Positions 1-12,870 of a stretch of DNA of 64,000 bases are shown here, piece after piece. This DNA comes from Hypanus sabinus (taxonomy: Eukaryota): assembly GCF_030144855.1 (NCBI RefSeq), contig NC_082722.1, positions 27,280,001 through 27,344,000 of the forward strand, in the 5' to 3' direction. The position numbers and the translations under genes were made by a program. Below the pieces are notes generated by a model. The model was not told the DNA's origin. It made no database searches and saw nothing but the letters and a program-made list of their open reading frames with translations. Position 1 is the first letter of the stretch; each line of letters opens with the position of its first letter.

Positions 1-329
1 ATTGGGTATCCTGATTAAAAACAAAAAACCTTACTGAAATCCCCGATAATTATCTGAAATGCGTAGGAATGGACTGTTACCAGTTTGGCGAAGGCAGCAT
101 GTAGTATCTCAGTCGGAAGATGGTGGTATTTAAACTGCTGTGAGGATCATGAAGGACAATTTTCTTGGTAAATAGAACGGCTGGGGTTTTATCGTTTGCT
201 GTTCAAGTTCAGACAAGTAAAATCATGACAAAGCTGCTACATCGGAGAAGCACATTTTATCTTGATGGGACCCGGAGCTATAGAGCAATGAGAGAAGTGC
301 ATGGAGTGAAGCCAGATCTAACATATAGA

Positions 330-3244
330 GAGGCTTTGAGGAAAGAGCAGCGGAATAAAGGGTACAAAGGTAGTAAGGTAGAAGGCTAAAGTGTGTGTAA
401 TTCAATGCAAGAAGCATCAGGAACAAAGGTGATGAACTGAGAGCTTGGATACATACATACATGGAATTATGATGTAGTGGCCATTACGGAGAATTGGCTG
501 GCACCAGGGCAGGAATGGATTCTCAATATTCCTGGATTTCAGTGCTTTAAAAGGGATATAGAGAGAGGGAAAGGGGAGGAAGGATGGTATTACTCGTCAG
601 GGATATTATTGCAGCTGCAGTAAGAGTGGGTAATGTAGCAGGATCCTCTTTTGAGTCAGTGTGGGTGGAAGTCAGGAAAAGGAAGGGAATAGTTACTCTA
701 CTGGGGGTATTCTATAGGCCCCCTGGTAGCAGTAGAAATACCGAGGAGCAGATTGGGAGGCAGATTTTGGAAAGGTGCAAAAATAACAGGGTTGTTATCA
801 TGGGTGACATTAACTTCTCTAATATTGATTGGCACTTGATTAGTTCCAAGGGTTTAGATCGGGAAGAGTTTGTTAAGGGTGTCCAGGATGGATTCCTGTC
901 ACAGTATGTTGACAGGCCGACTAGGGGGAATGCCATACTAGATCTAGTATTAGGTAATGAAACAGGTCAGGTCACAGATATGTCCGTGGGTGAGCAGCTG
1001 GGGAACAGTGATCACCGCTCCCTGAACTTTAGCATTATCATGGAAAAGGATAGAATCAGAGAGGACAGGAAAATATTTAATTGGGGAAGGGCAAATTATA
1101 AGACTATAAGGCTAGAACTTGCGGGTATGAATTGGGATGATGTTTTTGTAGGGAAATGTACTGTGGACATGTGGTCGGTGTTTAGTGATATCTTGCAGGA
1201 TGTTAGGGATAAATTCGTCCAGGTGAGGAAGATAAAGAATGGTAGGGTGAATGAACCATGGGTGACAAGTGGAGTGGAAAATCTAATCAGGTGGAAGAAA
1301 ACAGCATACGTGAGGTTCAGGAAGCAAGGATCAGATGGGTCTATTGAGGAATATAGGGTAGCAAAAAAGCAGCTTAAGAAGGGGCTGAGAAGAGCAAGAA
1401 GGGAATATGAGAAGGCCTTGGCGAGTAGGGTAAAGGAAAACCCAAGGCATTCTTCAATTATGTGAAGAACAAAAGGATGACAGGAGTAAAGATAGGACCG
1501 ATTAGAGATAAAAGGGGGAAAATGTGCCTGGGGGCTGTGGAAGTTAGCGACTTCGTAAATGAATATTTCTCTTCAATATTCACCAATGAGAGCGAACTTA
1601 ATGATGGTGAAGACAATATGAGTGAGGTTGATGTTCTGGAGCATGTTGATATTAAGGGAGAGGAGGTTTTGGAGTTGTCAAAATACATTAGGACGGATAA
1701 ATCCCCGGGGCCTGACGGAATATTCCCCAGGTTGCTCCACGAGGCGAGGGAAGAGATTGCTGAGCCTCTGGCTCGGATCTTTATATCCTCTTTGTCCACG
1801 GGAATGGTACCGGAGGAGTGGAGGGAGTCTAATGTTGTCCCCTTCTTCAAAAAAGGTAGTAAAGATAGTCCGGGTAATTATAGACAAGTGAGCCTTACGT
1901 CTGTGGTGTGAAAGCTGTTGGAAAAGGTTCTTAGAAATAGGATCTATGGGCATTTAGAGAATCAAGGTCTGATCAGGGACAGTCAGCATGGCTTGGTGAA
2001 GGGTAGATCCAGCCTAGCAAGCCTGATAGAGTTCTTTGAGGAGGTGACCAGGCATCTAGATGAGGGTATTGTAGTGGATGTGATCTACAGGGATTTTAGT
2101 AAGGCATTTGAAAAGGTTCCACACGGTAGGCTTATTCAGAAAGTCAGAAGGCATGGGATCCAGGGAAGTTTGGCCAGGTGGATTCAGAATTGGCTTGCCT
2201 GCACAAGGCAGAGGGTCGTGGTGGAGGGGGTACATTCAGACTGGAGGGTTGTGACTAGTGGTGTCCCATAAGGATCTATTCGGGGACCTCTACTGTTCGT
2301 GATTTTTATTAACGAACTGGATGTGGGGGTGGAAGTGTGGGTTGGCAAGTTTGCAGACAACACAAAGATTGGTGGTGTTGTAGATAGTGTAGTGGATTGT
2401 CAAAGATTGCAGGGAGACATTGATAGGATGCAGAAGTGGGCTGAGCATTGGTAGATGGAATTCAACCCGGAGAAGTGTGAGTTGGTACAATTTGGAAGGG
2501 CAAACTCCAAGGCAGAGCGCAAAGTAAATGACAGGATACTTGGTAGTGTGGAGGAGCAGAGGGATCTGTGGGTACATGTCCACGGATCCCTGCAAGTTGC
2601 CTCACAGGTAGACAGGGCAGTTAAGAAAGCTTATGGGGTTTTAGCTTTCGTAATTCGAGGGATAGAGTTTAAGAGTCGCGATGCAATGATGCAGCTCTGT
2701 AGAACTCTAGTTAGGCCACACAAGGATTCTTGTGTCCAGTTCTGTTTGCCTCACTAAAGCAAGGATGTGGAAGCATTGGAAAGGATACAGAGATTAACCA
2801 GGATGCTGCCTGCTCAAGAGAGTATGGATCATGATCAGAGATTAAGGGAGGTAGGGCCTTACTCTTTGGAAAAAAAGGAGGGTGAGAAGAGACATGATAG
2901 AGGTGTACAGGATATTAAGAGGAATAGACAGACTGGACAGCCAGCGCCTCTTCCCCAGGGCACCACTGCTCAGTACAAGAGGACATGGCTTTAAGTTAAG
3001 TGGACGGAATTTCAAGGGGGATATTAGAGGAAGGTTTTTCATTCAGAGAGTGGTTGGTGCGTGGAATGCACTGCCTGAGTCAGTGGTGGAGGCAGACACA
3101 CTAGTGAAGTTTAAGAGACTACTAGACAAGTATATGGAGGAATTTAAGGTGGGGTGTTATATGTGAGGCAGGGTTTGAGGGGCAGCACAACATTGTAGGC
3201 CGAATTGCCTGTAATGCGCTGTACTATTCTATGGTCTATGTTCT
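330..3244 (+). mobile_element. CR1 LINE, decayed ORF2 (APE endonuclease plus RT) with 3' tail
   Basis: ORF fragments with GVFYRPP, IMGDINF, LDLVL, SPGPDG, SQHG..KGRS, DFSKAF..VPH and GVP; broken by stops and frameshifts; ends in a (ttctatg)-type tail. Confidence 0.93.
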
Positions 3245-3699
3245 AAGCAGGTACCTGCACCTTTTCCGAACAACTAGCTTGGTCTGCTCTGTGTATTGAG
3301 AAGAAATCGGTCTGTTCGATTCTTACTGTTCGTCAGAGTCTTGTTGAAGCGCTGGCTGGTCTATACCAGTGTTCAACAGTGCGGTACCTGAGGTGTGGAC
3401 ACCATTCGTTAGTAAATTATCTGAAAACAAACTCGCACGCTGCCAGAACGAGATTTGAAATATGATTTTTTTTCATTGCTCTAGCCTTTTAGATTACATG
3501 AATTAAATCATATCAGTCGCTTTCTGAAGAAACTTAGAAAGCAACCGAATAGTGATAAAGTAAAGCTGACCAATACCGATGTGAGCTGCAGACGAAAAGG
3601 AAAGCAGACTGTAAGTGTCCGATTGGATCAGCCATGATCGTGAGCGAGGAATATTAGTCCGATTGAACATCGAGTTTGTGAGAATGGAGGGGGAAGATC

Positions 3700-3900
3700 A
3701 TAGTGATTTAGGAGAGGGATGCTAATTATTTCCTCAGCTGGATCCACCTATTACTCTCGAACTCTTGCTCCAACCTATTCTTGACCTTTTAATACTGGCA
3801 ATCTCTCCTCCTTCTTTGCTTCCCTCCAGTTCTGATGACGAGTCTGGACACGTAACTTCAGCTTTTCATTTCTCTCCATAGATACCGAGTGACCCGATTC
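3700..3900 (+). mobile_element. Highly decayed Penelope-like 3' fragment
   Basis: Pyrimidine-rich tract then ccagttctgatgacgagtctggacacgtaac..ctctccatagat, matching the terminal motif of better copies in the window. Confidence 0.5.
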
Positions 3901-6900
3901 AGAGAAGCTTCACTGTACGACCTCCAAGGAAAACACACCATTTAAGAAGATCAAAATGGTTCCCAATTTTTGCTAAACGAGTCATTTTGCCTTGCTGCAG
4001 CACAGTTTTTTTCTCATATACCAACTCCTTTGCATCAAAAGTTAACATTCTGTGGCCTGTCTCTAGGTTCATTTTCAGCTTTTATATTCCACAACCCAAG
4101 ATCTTGGACAGCAATTTCGCCAGTTGTAGGTAAACCCTCGCATACTCTGTCTCTCCCAGTCCCTATCTTTTTCTGCCCCTCAGCTCCAATGGATATGTGT
4201 TCACCACTTCCCCTCCGAGTTCACTGGAAAAGAAAGAATTTGCATCCTGAATACTTTTCGGTTCGTCTTATGGATTTTGTGCTGCTGATGATGAAAGCCA
4301 CCATGAAGTTTCCCTATCAGGTACCATTTGTATACCATAATCGCCTATATTTATTATTTCAATTCATAATACAATTCCATTAAAATGTTGTCCACGATGT
4401 AAGATGGAAAGTTTTCTTTTTCGTCCGGACATTCGGCAGGGCGAATGCTGCATGGCAAGAGAGGGTTCAGACAGATTGTAAAAGCACCGTGCACACTCCG
4501 TTCAATCCGTTGTTTTTAAGTTTACATCGGTCAGACAGCATGTTCATGCGCATGCTCTGCTGGTATATGGTGTATATTCATTACAATCAAATAAGTTTAT
4601 TTTCAGTAGTATTTGTGAAAGCATACCACTGTTGCATCCACCACGATTTTTATGTCACAGTTGTGGCGAGTATAAGCTTAAACATCAATCATCGAGCATG
4701 ACTCGTCTTATTAAGAAAGCCTATAAGTTATTTGAGTGTAAAATTAGCGACCAACTCAATGCCTGGGCTCTTCACATTTGTTGTTCAACAGTCGTTATCG
4801 ATCTGAAAATTTGGCTCAGAGATATTTGGAAGGCAATACCATTTGCGGTACCGATGACAGGGCGAGTGCTAGTCCTGTCTGACCAATGTGTCTGGTTTCT
4901 CTGTTACAAATAAGAGATCGATTGAACACTGCAATCTCCTTTCACCATCGAGACCTGTGCCGTTGTTGCAAGTGAGTGACAAGGGACGAACCCAAATGCA
5001 GGACAAAGGCAACGGAGGTAGGGACGCGTGGCTTGCTGAGTGTTTCCTGTGACATCCACGCAGTAGTATCGAACGGAAGCTTAAACTTTGCAGTCACCTA
5101 ACTCCAATTCATCTCCCTGTTATCTATTAAAGCATCATCAACATTCAGTTGAAGCATTTATCCTAACAAACCTTGTTTGAAACATTTCGGAATAACTTTG
5201 TAATGAATGCAGATATATTTATAGGCGCGATTTTATAAAGGATTAGATCGTCAGGTGGACAAAATTGTCTCACAAATTGGAAATCTAGATTTGCAATCAA
5301 TCACTTGGCCTAACCAGCGCTGCGCTTGACTTTTAAAAACTTCTTGATTTTTCTGAGATTGTTATGTATTTGACTAACTGAAATTAAATCAAAACAATAG
5401 ATAAAATATACAAAAAACTACTAAATATCTCATATTTTCCTCTGCTTTTCCGCCCCAGCTAACTTTGAACAAAGATATGCTGGGAAAAATATAGAGATGT
5501 AGGGCTTATCTCTAAAGCACTCAACTAAAATTGTATCTGCAGTGTTATTCAATTGTCACCTAAGAGCTACCACGGCAATCGCAACCGTGCTCAAACGAGA
5601 CAATTTTTATCGGTCAGCTTGTTTTTAAGTGTTCAGTAATCGGTCCAAGTTACTGCTCCATTCTTACATATCATTAAGAATGGACTAATGGAGAACAGAG
5701 AGTGGTTCATGCGGAACTAATCACTGTCCTCTAATCTTTAGGATTCGTGTCGAAAATAAAAGGAATATCAGAAGGTCAAGGCAGAAATCTCGACAGAAAA
5801 CTGGAAATAGTGTTTTCTGCCACAAAAACATTTTTGTCACAAATTACCTGTAACGTAAAACTGAGCTGTCTTTCATTAGAATTGTCTCTCACGAATTATC
5901 AGATCCACAGCAGGAAAAGGTTCCCAATATCCATACCCTCTCCCCGCTGAACTCCTCAAAAAACAGACCTCAAATGCATCCCTTGCAATCCAATAGACAA
6001 AGTGTGTTTTACCTATGTCTAACTTTACCCCCCAAGCAGCTACATAATTTCAGATCTGAGAGGACAGGAGATACAATTTAATTATGGTGACAAAGCTTTT
6101 TATGAAAGCAGCATAACATCCTCAGCATTTTATGGAAATTCGGATACAGAACTGCACAAAATGGCGGGGTATTTGACATGGTATTCAGAAACTTAACTCC
6201 ATTCGTAGGAAGCAGACGGAAGCTCAGTCTTGTTTCATCTCCAACAAAGATACCTTTGAATATTTTTTGTTCTCATTTTTAACTGGATAACTATTTCTGC
6301 CCTGCCAGGTTAGGCACATGAGTGCATGCCAAATTCTTTTTTCTCCGTATTGTGTTAATTTTTTTGCTCGATGGACTATCCTATTGTCACCTGTTTAATT
6401 TGTGGAAATGTAGGAGATTCTTGAAATGGCAGCATTACGCCAGTGGAACTATTCATCTTGATTGGATTTAAAATGGAGCCTCGGAACTGCAATCCATCAT
6501 TTGCGGCTCCCTCCATGCGCCTTTTACAGGTTTTATTGCAGTACTTCTTGAATCACTGTCATCATTAAACTGAATAACTTGCTGTTTCAACTCTTCAAGC
6601 TCTCTCTTTATATGATCAACATCCTATTTCGGGAATCTATCTCTGTCACAGACAGCGTTTGTTACTGCTTTTCTCTGATTTCTTCGTGCGAGCTGGTCAC
6701 AGCAGCGAGTAAGGAACCCATGTACTATGGGGCCTACTTTGAAACATAAACAGACTATAATCTGTTACTGGAATAAATTTATGACGATTTCACATTATAT
6801 GCTTTTGTTTCATGAAACTTAAGCATTTAAATTGCATGAAAATTGCTGAAGTAATAGGGCGAATACGCGACCATACGTCGTTGCTCTTTCTCATCAGTTC

Positions 6901-8114
6901 TCAGAATCCAAAATCATACATTGCACCGGAGCTGTGTTCATGACGACGTCGGAGAGAATGTACTCGCTGTTCAAATCAAGCTCCTTCATCAATTTCCTTT
7001 TATTTTTGCGATCCAGACATTATGCAGTGGTTCATTAGTTGAACTTTTATAACAAACCCCTGAAGGAAATTATCAAGAGAAGCATTTTTTTTTCATTTAT
7101 TTAACACAGTCCCTGCCCGACACGGCTTAAAGCCTTTTTGTCTGTGTGAGCGAAACTGCTTTCCTCGCTGCGGTGAGAAACCAGCAGGATGCTATTTGAC
7201 CGAAGGTACATGATTGAAATCGAGAAAAACTGCAAAGTTAAGTTGGAAAGAAGAAATGTTATTTTTGCACGCCTGTCTTATGAGACATTCTTCAAATACC
7301 AAGCGGATTTCCATCTTTACCATTAAAATGCTCAGAGTACAGATTTGAAATTCTATCTCAGTAAATATTTGGATAATTCCTGAATTCAGCAAGAACGCAA
7401 CATTTCCAGCATAATCAAGAAAGCACCAGGTAAGCCATGAAGAAATTATCTCCCCAATGGTCGCCTCCAGGCGACCAACATGTTCGCCCGTATTATCAAT
7501 CACTCGGGTGGGTGGGTGAGGTTTCGGCCGGCGAGCAAAAGCAGAACTATAAAATCTTGACCTAATTCCTCCTAAAAAGATAACTGGGACTCTGGGTTTC
7601 TTTCATGAATTTCTAAGTTAAAAACTATGCGGAACTCTGGTTAGCTAGAGTTCCGGACAAAAAAAAACACACACACAAAACAGTATTGGTGTCTGCTGGG
7701 TCCTTGTTTGACGAAAGTGTTCCGTCACGAGGTGGTGACAAGGGTGCTGGGAGAGGACCCACAAGCAGGACACATTTAAGGCTATCTACCTGAAACTTAT
7801 AAATGTATTGTCATCTCCCATTTTGAAATTAATCCAAAAAATTAAAAATCTCTAACGACATGTTGGGAAAGAGAAAACGTTGCCCTTTAATATTGAAAAC
7901 CTCTCTCCCAGAAAGTAACGTAAACGTTAACTGTTTCTCTTTGCTCTGGTATTTCCTGAACTACTGTGCGCTTTGTTTATTTTACTTCGGTGTTCGAGCA
8001 GTTCTATGTTATTAAATTTGGCCCATCTGGATTCTCCAGATAGCATATATTAATCTTTTTCTCTGTTGTATACCCATCTGTCTAGAACTAGAAACGTCTA
8101 CTTCTGTTCCATTA

Positions 8115-8871
8115 CTCACGTTCCCAATTTCACGTTCCCGACCTTGGACTCGGACGGAGGAGGGGGGGAGCATGGACAGCCGCCGACCTTGGACTCAGAC
8201 GGGGGGGGAAGCATGGACAGCCGCCGACCTTGAACTCGGACGGGGGGGCGGGGGGAGCATGGACAGCCGCCGACCTTGGACTCGGATGGGGGAAACATGG
8301 ACAGGCGCCGACCTTGGACTCGGATCCTGGGGACTAGGACTGCCACAGCCGTTGGACTTTGAAATTAGGACCTTGATTCACCGCGGCCAGACACTTGGAT
8401 ACCATGGATCGCTGCAGCCAGAAGCATTGACACCAAGACACACAGGGCAAGGAATCTTTAACTAGGACTCTTCCTTCAACTCAGGCACTGAGCCGGGGCT
8501 CTTCGAAGGATAGACACGAGACACAGACAAGGAGCATAAACGTCGACTCAGGACTCCGCCTTCAACTCACCCCTGGTACATTGACCTTGCCCGGGCCCAC
8601 TCTGGCAAAGGAAAGCGAATTGCTGGTACTCTGATGCGACCTGGATCACTCTGGCTAGTCGTGGCAGCTGCGACTTGCGAAAGCTTCTTAACACTCTCGC
8701 CCAGAACGGCTAAAGCAAGGGGCTTATAAGCTGCCTGTTCGTGTCAAGGGTAGATTACCTTCATTGCCATGCTCAATGGACACGTGAAACAGAATTATAA
8801 GGGAACAAGGCGTCAATGGTCCGGATCGCAACCTAACTAAATTTAAAGGTGATCCGATCCGGACCATGACA
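8115..8871 (+). mobile_element. Gypsy-type LTR-like segment with internal tandem repeat
   Basis: GC-rich ggact/ggaac-repeat interior ending in ..ggaccatgaca. An LTR-like left-end piece (cgtcacg..gacaaggg..gcaggacac) lies separately at 7723-7777, and a similar one near 4970-5010. Confidence 0.55.
8139..8325 (+). repeat. Minisatellite, about 40-46 bp unit, 4 copies plus a partial
   Basis: Repeated gaccttggactcggac(g)n..agcatggacagccgcc with variable G-run length. Confidence 0.9.
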
Positions 8872-9749
8872 TCTTTTCTGCAGCAATTTTCACATCACCA
8901 AAACAAGGCTGTCAGATATCACTGGCGTCATGATAGTAGTACTCGGTTGAAACTTCTATCAGCGTTAGTATCACTTCCCGAAATGAAGGATCGCTTCTGA
9001 AAGTAATGTCTAAGTTGAAGCTGAAAAGTTGAAGATAAAGTACTTACCGTTGCTTTATTGCTCTAGAATGCTCTGTTATTTTTTTCAGCCAAAACAAATG
9101 CTATTTTACCCTTTTACTGCAACGGGCATGTCCAGTTGCTCTACTTATTTTGATTGTAATTTAATTGATTCACCAGCAACAACAATCAGCTCAACAGCCG
9201 GTAAGATGCCGCTTCCATATTTGCTAACACAGTTAATCCAGGCTGGAACAATCCATCAGGTCTTGCCGTTTGCACAAAGTTCCTTAAACTGGATAATGTG
9301 ACTTTGAAGATCACAGATCCTAATTGCACCATGGGTACAAAATCTGGTAACGACAATAATTACAATAATTTGACGGGGTGGATAATGTAAACTCATCGGA
9401 TAAAGCCTATGCACTAAACTTGGAAGGGCGGAAGAGATATGAAATAAGAGATGAAAAAAAGAGATGGCCAGACCTGAGAAACCATTCCAATTGATAGGGC
9501 GGTAATAAGTGATTGTTTGGAAATCTAACGTAAACATACAAACTTGCAGCCTGAAATGGGTTTGGCATCCCACGTCATTATACGCGTACAAAATGTTTTT
9601 CCAACCATTTTAAATCATTTTCTATTATTAGAAATTCCAAAGCAAACATAGATAATGATCACTGACGTTTGCATCAGTTAACAACACTAAATAGTTTTTT
9701 TTTTATTTTTACAACAGGCTGAACAAGCTTCGGTTGAGCACAAAGGGTC

Positions 9750-10583
9750 TGTTACGTACTCGTGATATGACAGTGGTACACTTGTCACGTGACTGGGGTT
9801 GAAGCTGTACTGGACTTGATGTAATGGTCTTGTGATGGTGGAGTGACGTCATTTGCCCGCCAGTACAGATCATGTGAAGGGTTTTTTTTTACAGGTTATA
9901 AAAGGAAGACCCCACCCTGTGAGGAGGGGCAGTTCGTGGCTGGATTTGCCAAGTTGACTTCCAGCCACTGCGTGGTTTAAAGTGATGACGCAGTTTAGTT
10001 GTAAGATGAAGTTGTATCTAATGCCTAAAGTTTAAATTGTCATTGCCAGCAGTTTCTTTACAATACTGCTGGTTTGGAAATCAGTGGAGAGTGAAGATTG
10101 GAGTTCGGGAGTTAAAGATCGAGGAGAATCTATTTCGACGGTGAAACGAGTTCGACCTTATTTAATCCTTATTCGGAAGGAATTCGTTGACTGTTCTCGT
10201 GTTAATTTCTGCGGGATAGCAGAAGATTGAGGACAGCGTGATAAAGGAAAGGTCAGTGCCTTTAAGCCGTTTCGGTTCGTTTCGTAAATTCTTCGTGGGA
10301 AGTTCGACGCCGGGGAACGAAGCAAAGCGATGTGAAAGAGAATTTAAATCGTCTTATAAAGTTTCTCCTTTTAAATGGACTGTGAACATTTCGAACTTTT
10401 GGCAAGAACTGCTTTTGCAACATCGCTTTAAGAAATGTTTAAGCTACCGTACAGCAGCTGTTTCCGGTTACGTTAGTGTTTGTTTACCTTTTGGGGTTTT
10501 ATTTTCAGTATTTAATAAAAGTGTTGTTTGTTATAAAATCCCTTGCCGAACTCATATATTTATTGTTGCCTGAATACGTAACA
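9750..10583 (+). mobile_element. Solo LTR (834 bp)
   Basis: Perfect 9-bp terminal inverted repeats TGTTACGTA..TACGTAACA; flanks ggtc/gatc (4-bp TSD with one mismatch); internal TATA-like ttataaaa near 9897 and AATAAA near 10513. Confidence 0.85.
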
Positions 10584-10674
10584 GATCTCGCAAAGATCGA
10601 CAACAAGAAGAGCTCATTATCTATTATCGGGTAAACCAGAGAGTAACGTATGCATTTGCTTCGTATATGCATAT

Positions 10675-10905
10675 AACACCGTAAAAGAGCCGTCCGGCCC
10701 AAACAGTTCTTGCTGCCCAATTATACCCATGTGACCAATTAGCCGACTCACGCCCACATCTTTGGAATGTAGGAGAAACCCCGATCCAAAGAAAGTCATA
10801 CGGTCGTTGGAACGCTTAGAAACACACCATTTAGTCGGGCACGGGAAGTAAACATGGATCGCTGTTGCTTTAATAGTGTTACAGTACCCGCTCGCTACCG
10901 AGCCA
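10675..10905 (-). mobile_element. HE1/V-SINE-like element
   Basis: Minus strand reads ..ggtttctcctacattccaaagatgtg..ctaattggtcacatgggtataattggg..gggccggacgg, a V-SINE-like core and tail recalled from known elasmobranch SINEs. Confidence 0.6.
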
Positions 10906-10919
10906 GGCAAAACATGCAA

Positions 10920-12290
10920 CAGGACCATAAGATATACAAGCAGAAGTAGGCCATTCGGCCGATCGTGTCTGTTCCGCCTTTTAATTATTGGCAGATTCAA
11001 TTCTTCCACATCCCCACTCCTCTGCCTTCTCCGCATAACTTTTGACCCGCTGGCTAATGAAGAACCTATCTATCTCTGTCTTAAATGCAACCAATAACTT
11101 GGGCTCCACAGCGGATCGTGGCAACAATTTCCAAATATTTACCACTCCTTGACTGAAGTAAATTCTCCCTATCCCTGTCTAAATGGACGTTGTTCAACCC
11201 TGAAGTAGTGCCCTCTTGTCAGGGACTCCCCTGCCACGGGAAAAATCCTTGCCATATCTAAACAGTTCAGGCTTTGTAACATTCGGAATGTTGCTATGAG
11301 TCCCCCCCCTCATTGTCCTGAATTCCAGGGAATAGTGCTCAAGAGCTGCCAGAGGTCCCTCATACAGTAACCCTTTCATTCCTGGAATCATTCTCGTTAA
11401 TCTTCTCTAAACCCTCTCCAATGTCAGCATATCCTTTCCAAAAGAAGGAGCCCAAAACTGCAAACAATACTCCAAATGTGGTCTCACGAGTCCCTTATAG
11501 AGCCTCAAAATCACAATCCTGTTCTTATATTTTTTTACCTCTAGAAATGAATGCCAACTATGCATTCGCTTTCTACACCACCGACTCAACCTCGATGTTA
11601 ACCTTTCGGGTATCCTGCACAGGGACTCCAAAGTACCTTTGCATCAGTGCATTTTGAATTATTTTCCCATCTAGATAATATTCTGCGCGTTTTCTTTCTT
11701 CCACCAACGTGCATGACCAGACACGTCCCAAAATTGTATTGAATTTACCGATTTTTTTATCCTCTCCCATGATCTATCTCAGTCTGTCTGCAAGCTCTCT
11801 GTTTCCTCAACACTTCCCGCCCCTCCACCTATCTTTGTATATTTAGCTAAATTCCATTAATTCCATAGACCAAATCATTGACATGCATCATAGAAAAGCA
11901 GTGGGCCCAACACCAACCCCTGTGGAATTCCGCTGGTAACCGGCAGCCAGCCACCAGAGGATCCCTTTGTTCCACTCTCTGTTTTCTGCCAATCAGCCAA
12001 TGTCCAACCATGCTAGTAACTGCTCTGTAATTCCATGGGCTATTATCTTGATTACCAGCTTCATGTGAGGATCATGTCAAAAACCTTCTGAAAATCCAGG
12101 TACACCACATCTACTCCATCTGTTTTGTCTACCCTGCTTGTAATTTCCTAAAATAATTACAATAGGTTAGTCAGGTACAATGTTCCTTTCCGAAAATCAT
12201 GCTGGCTTTGGCCTATCATGTCATGTGCCTCTAGGTACTCCATAATCTCATTCCCAAATATCGATTCCAACATATATATCAACATTATCC
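10920..12290 (-). mobile_element. CR1 LINE 3' portion, decayed
   Basis: Minus ORFs such as [19 protein letters not shown] and YEGPLAALEHYSLEFR; ccataagatata tail. Confidence 0.88.
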
Positions 12291-12344
12291 CAACGGAGGT
12301 TAATTTACAGCCCTAAGCAGACTTTCATCACGGTACCATTTACG

Positions 12345-12870
12345 ATGAACACCCTCGAAATCTCATCACATTTTTCTTCCATCTGGGTGGAATCCAACCT
12401 GAAGGCATGAACATTGATCTCTCTGACTTTGATACTTAGTTCATCATCCCCCTTCTCTTTTTTCCCTATTACTGATTTTGGTTCCCTTTCACCTCTTCTC
12501 TTTTCCTCAACTGCCCTTCAGTTCCACTGGAGCCCCTCCGTCTTCAATTTCTTCCTTGGCCCACGTTCTTCTCCAATCAGATTCCTTCTTGCACCCATTT
12601 CCTTTCCCACTCATCACCTCCTACCTTCTACGTCATTCCATCACACATCTTTAACACACCTTCTTACCATGCTGGTTTCTTCTAACACCTGCCATCTTAT
12701 ATTCCTTCGCCACCTTATTCCAGCTTCTGACCACTATTCTGCTGTTCTTCATAAAGCGCTTCGGCCAGAAATATCGACAGTTTATTTATAGCATACATGC
12801 TGCCTTATCTAATGATTTATATCAGCATTTTGTTATATTCTTCAAGATTTCCAGCATCTGCAGCATCCCT
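12345..12870 (+). mobile_element. Penelope-like element 3' fragment
   Basis: ctgggtggaatccaacctgaaggcatgaacattgat (end of GIY-YIG ORF), pyrimidine tract, degenerate hammerhead-like motif and gatttccagcatctgcag terminus. Confidence 0.75.

Noticed and set aside
3319-3420. Minus-strand acceptor followed by DNLLTNGVHTSGTALLNTGIDQPALQQDSDEQ-stop
   Set aside because: No recognisable domain or partner exons; such sites arise by chance in AT-rich DNA.
3970-4383. 137-aa ORF near the expected position of a paralogous C1 exon
   Set aside because: No Cys/Trp/FYP pattern in the frames checked and no visible similarity to the C1 exon.
5050-5080. Minus-strand YYC motif (ASVRYYC) as a decayed V exon
   Set aside because: Stop immediately upstream and no other V-domain landmarks.
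7630-7655. Short hairpins (7630-7655; 16515-16538)
   Set aside because: Stems of 9-10 bp are expected occasionally in 64 kb and have no supporting context.
8139-8325. Repeat array as CRISPR-like
   Set aside because: Eukaryotic context, no unique spacers and no cas genes; it is an LTR-internal minisatellite.
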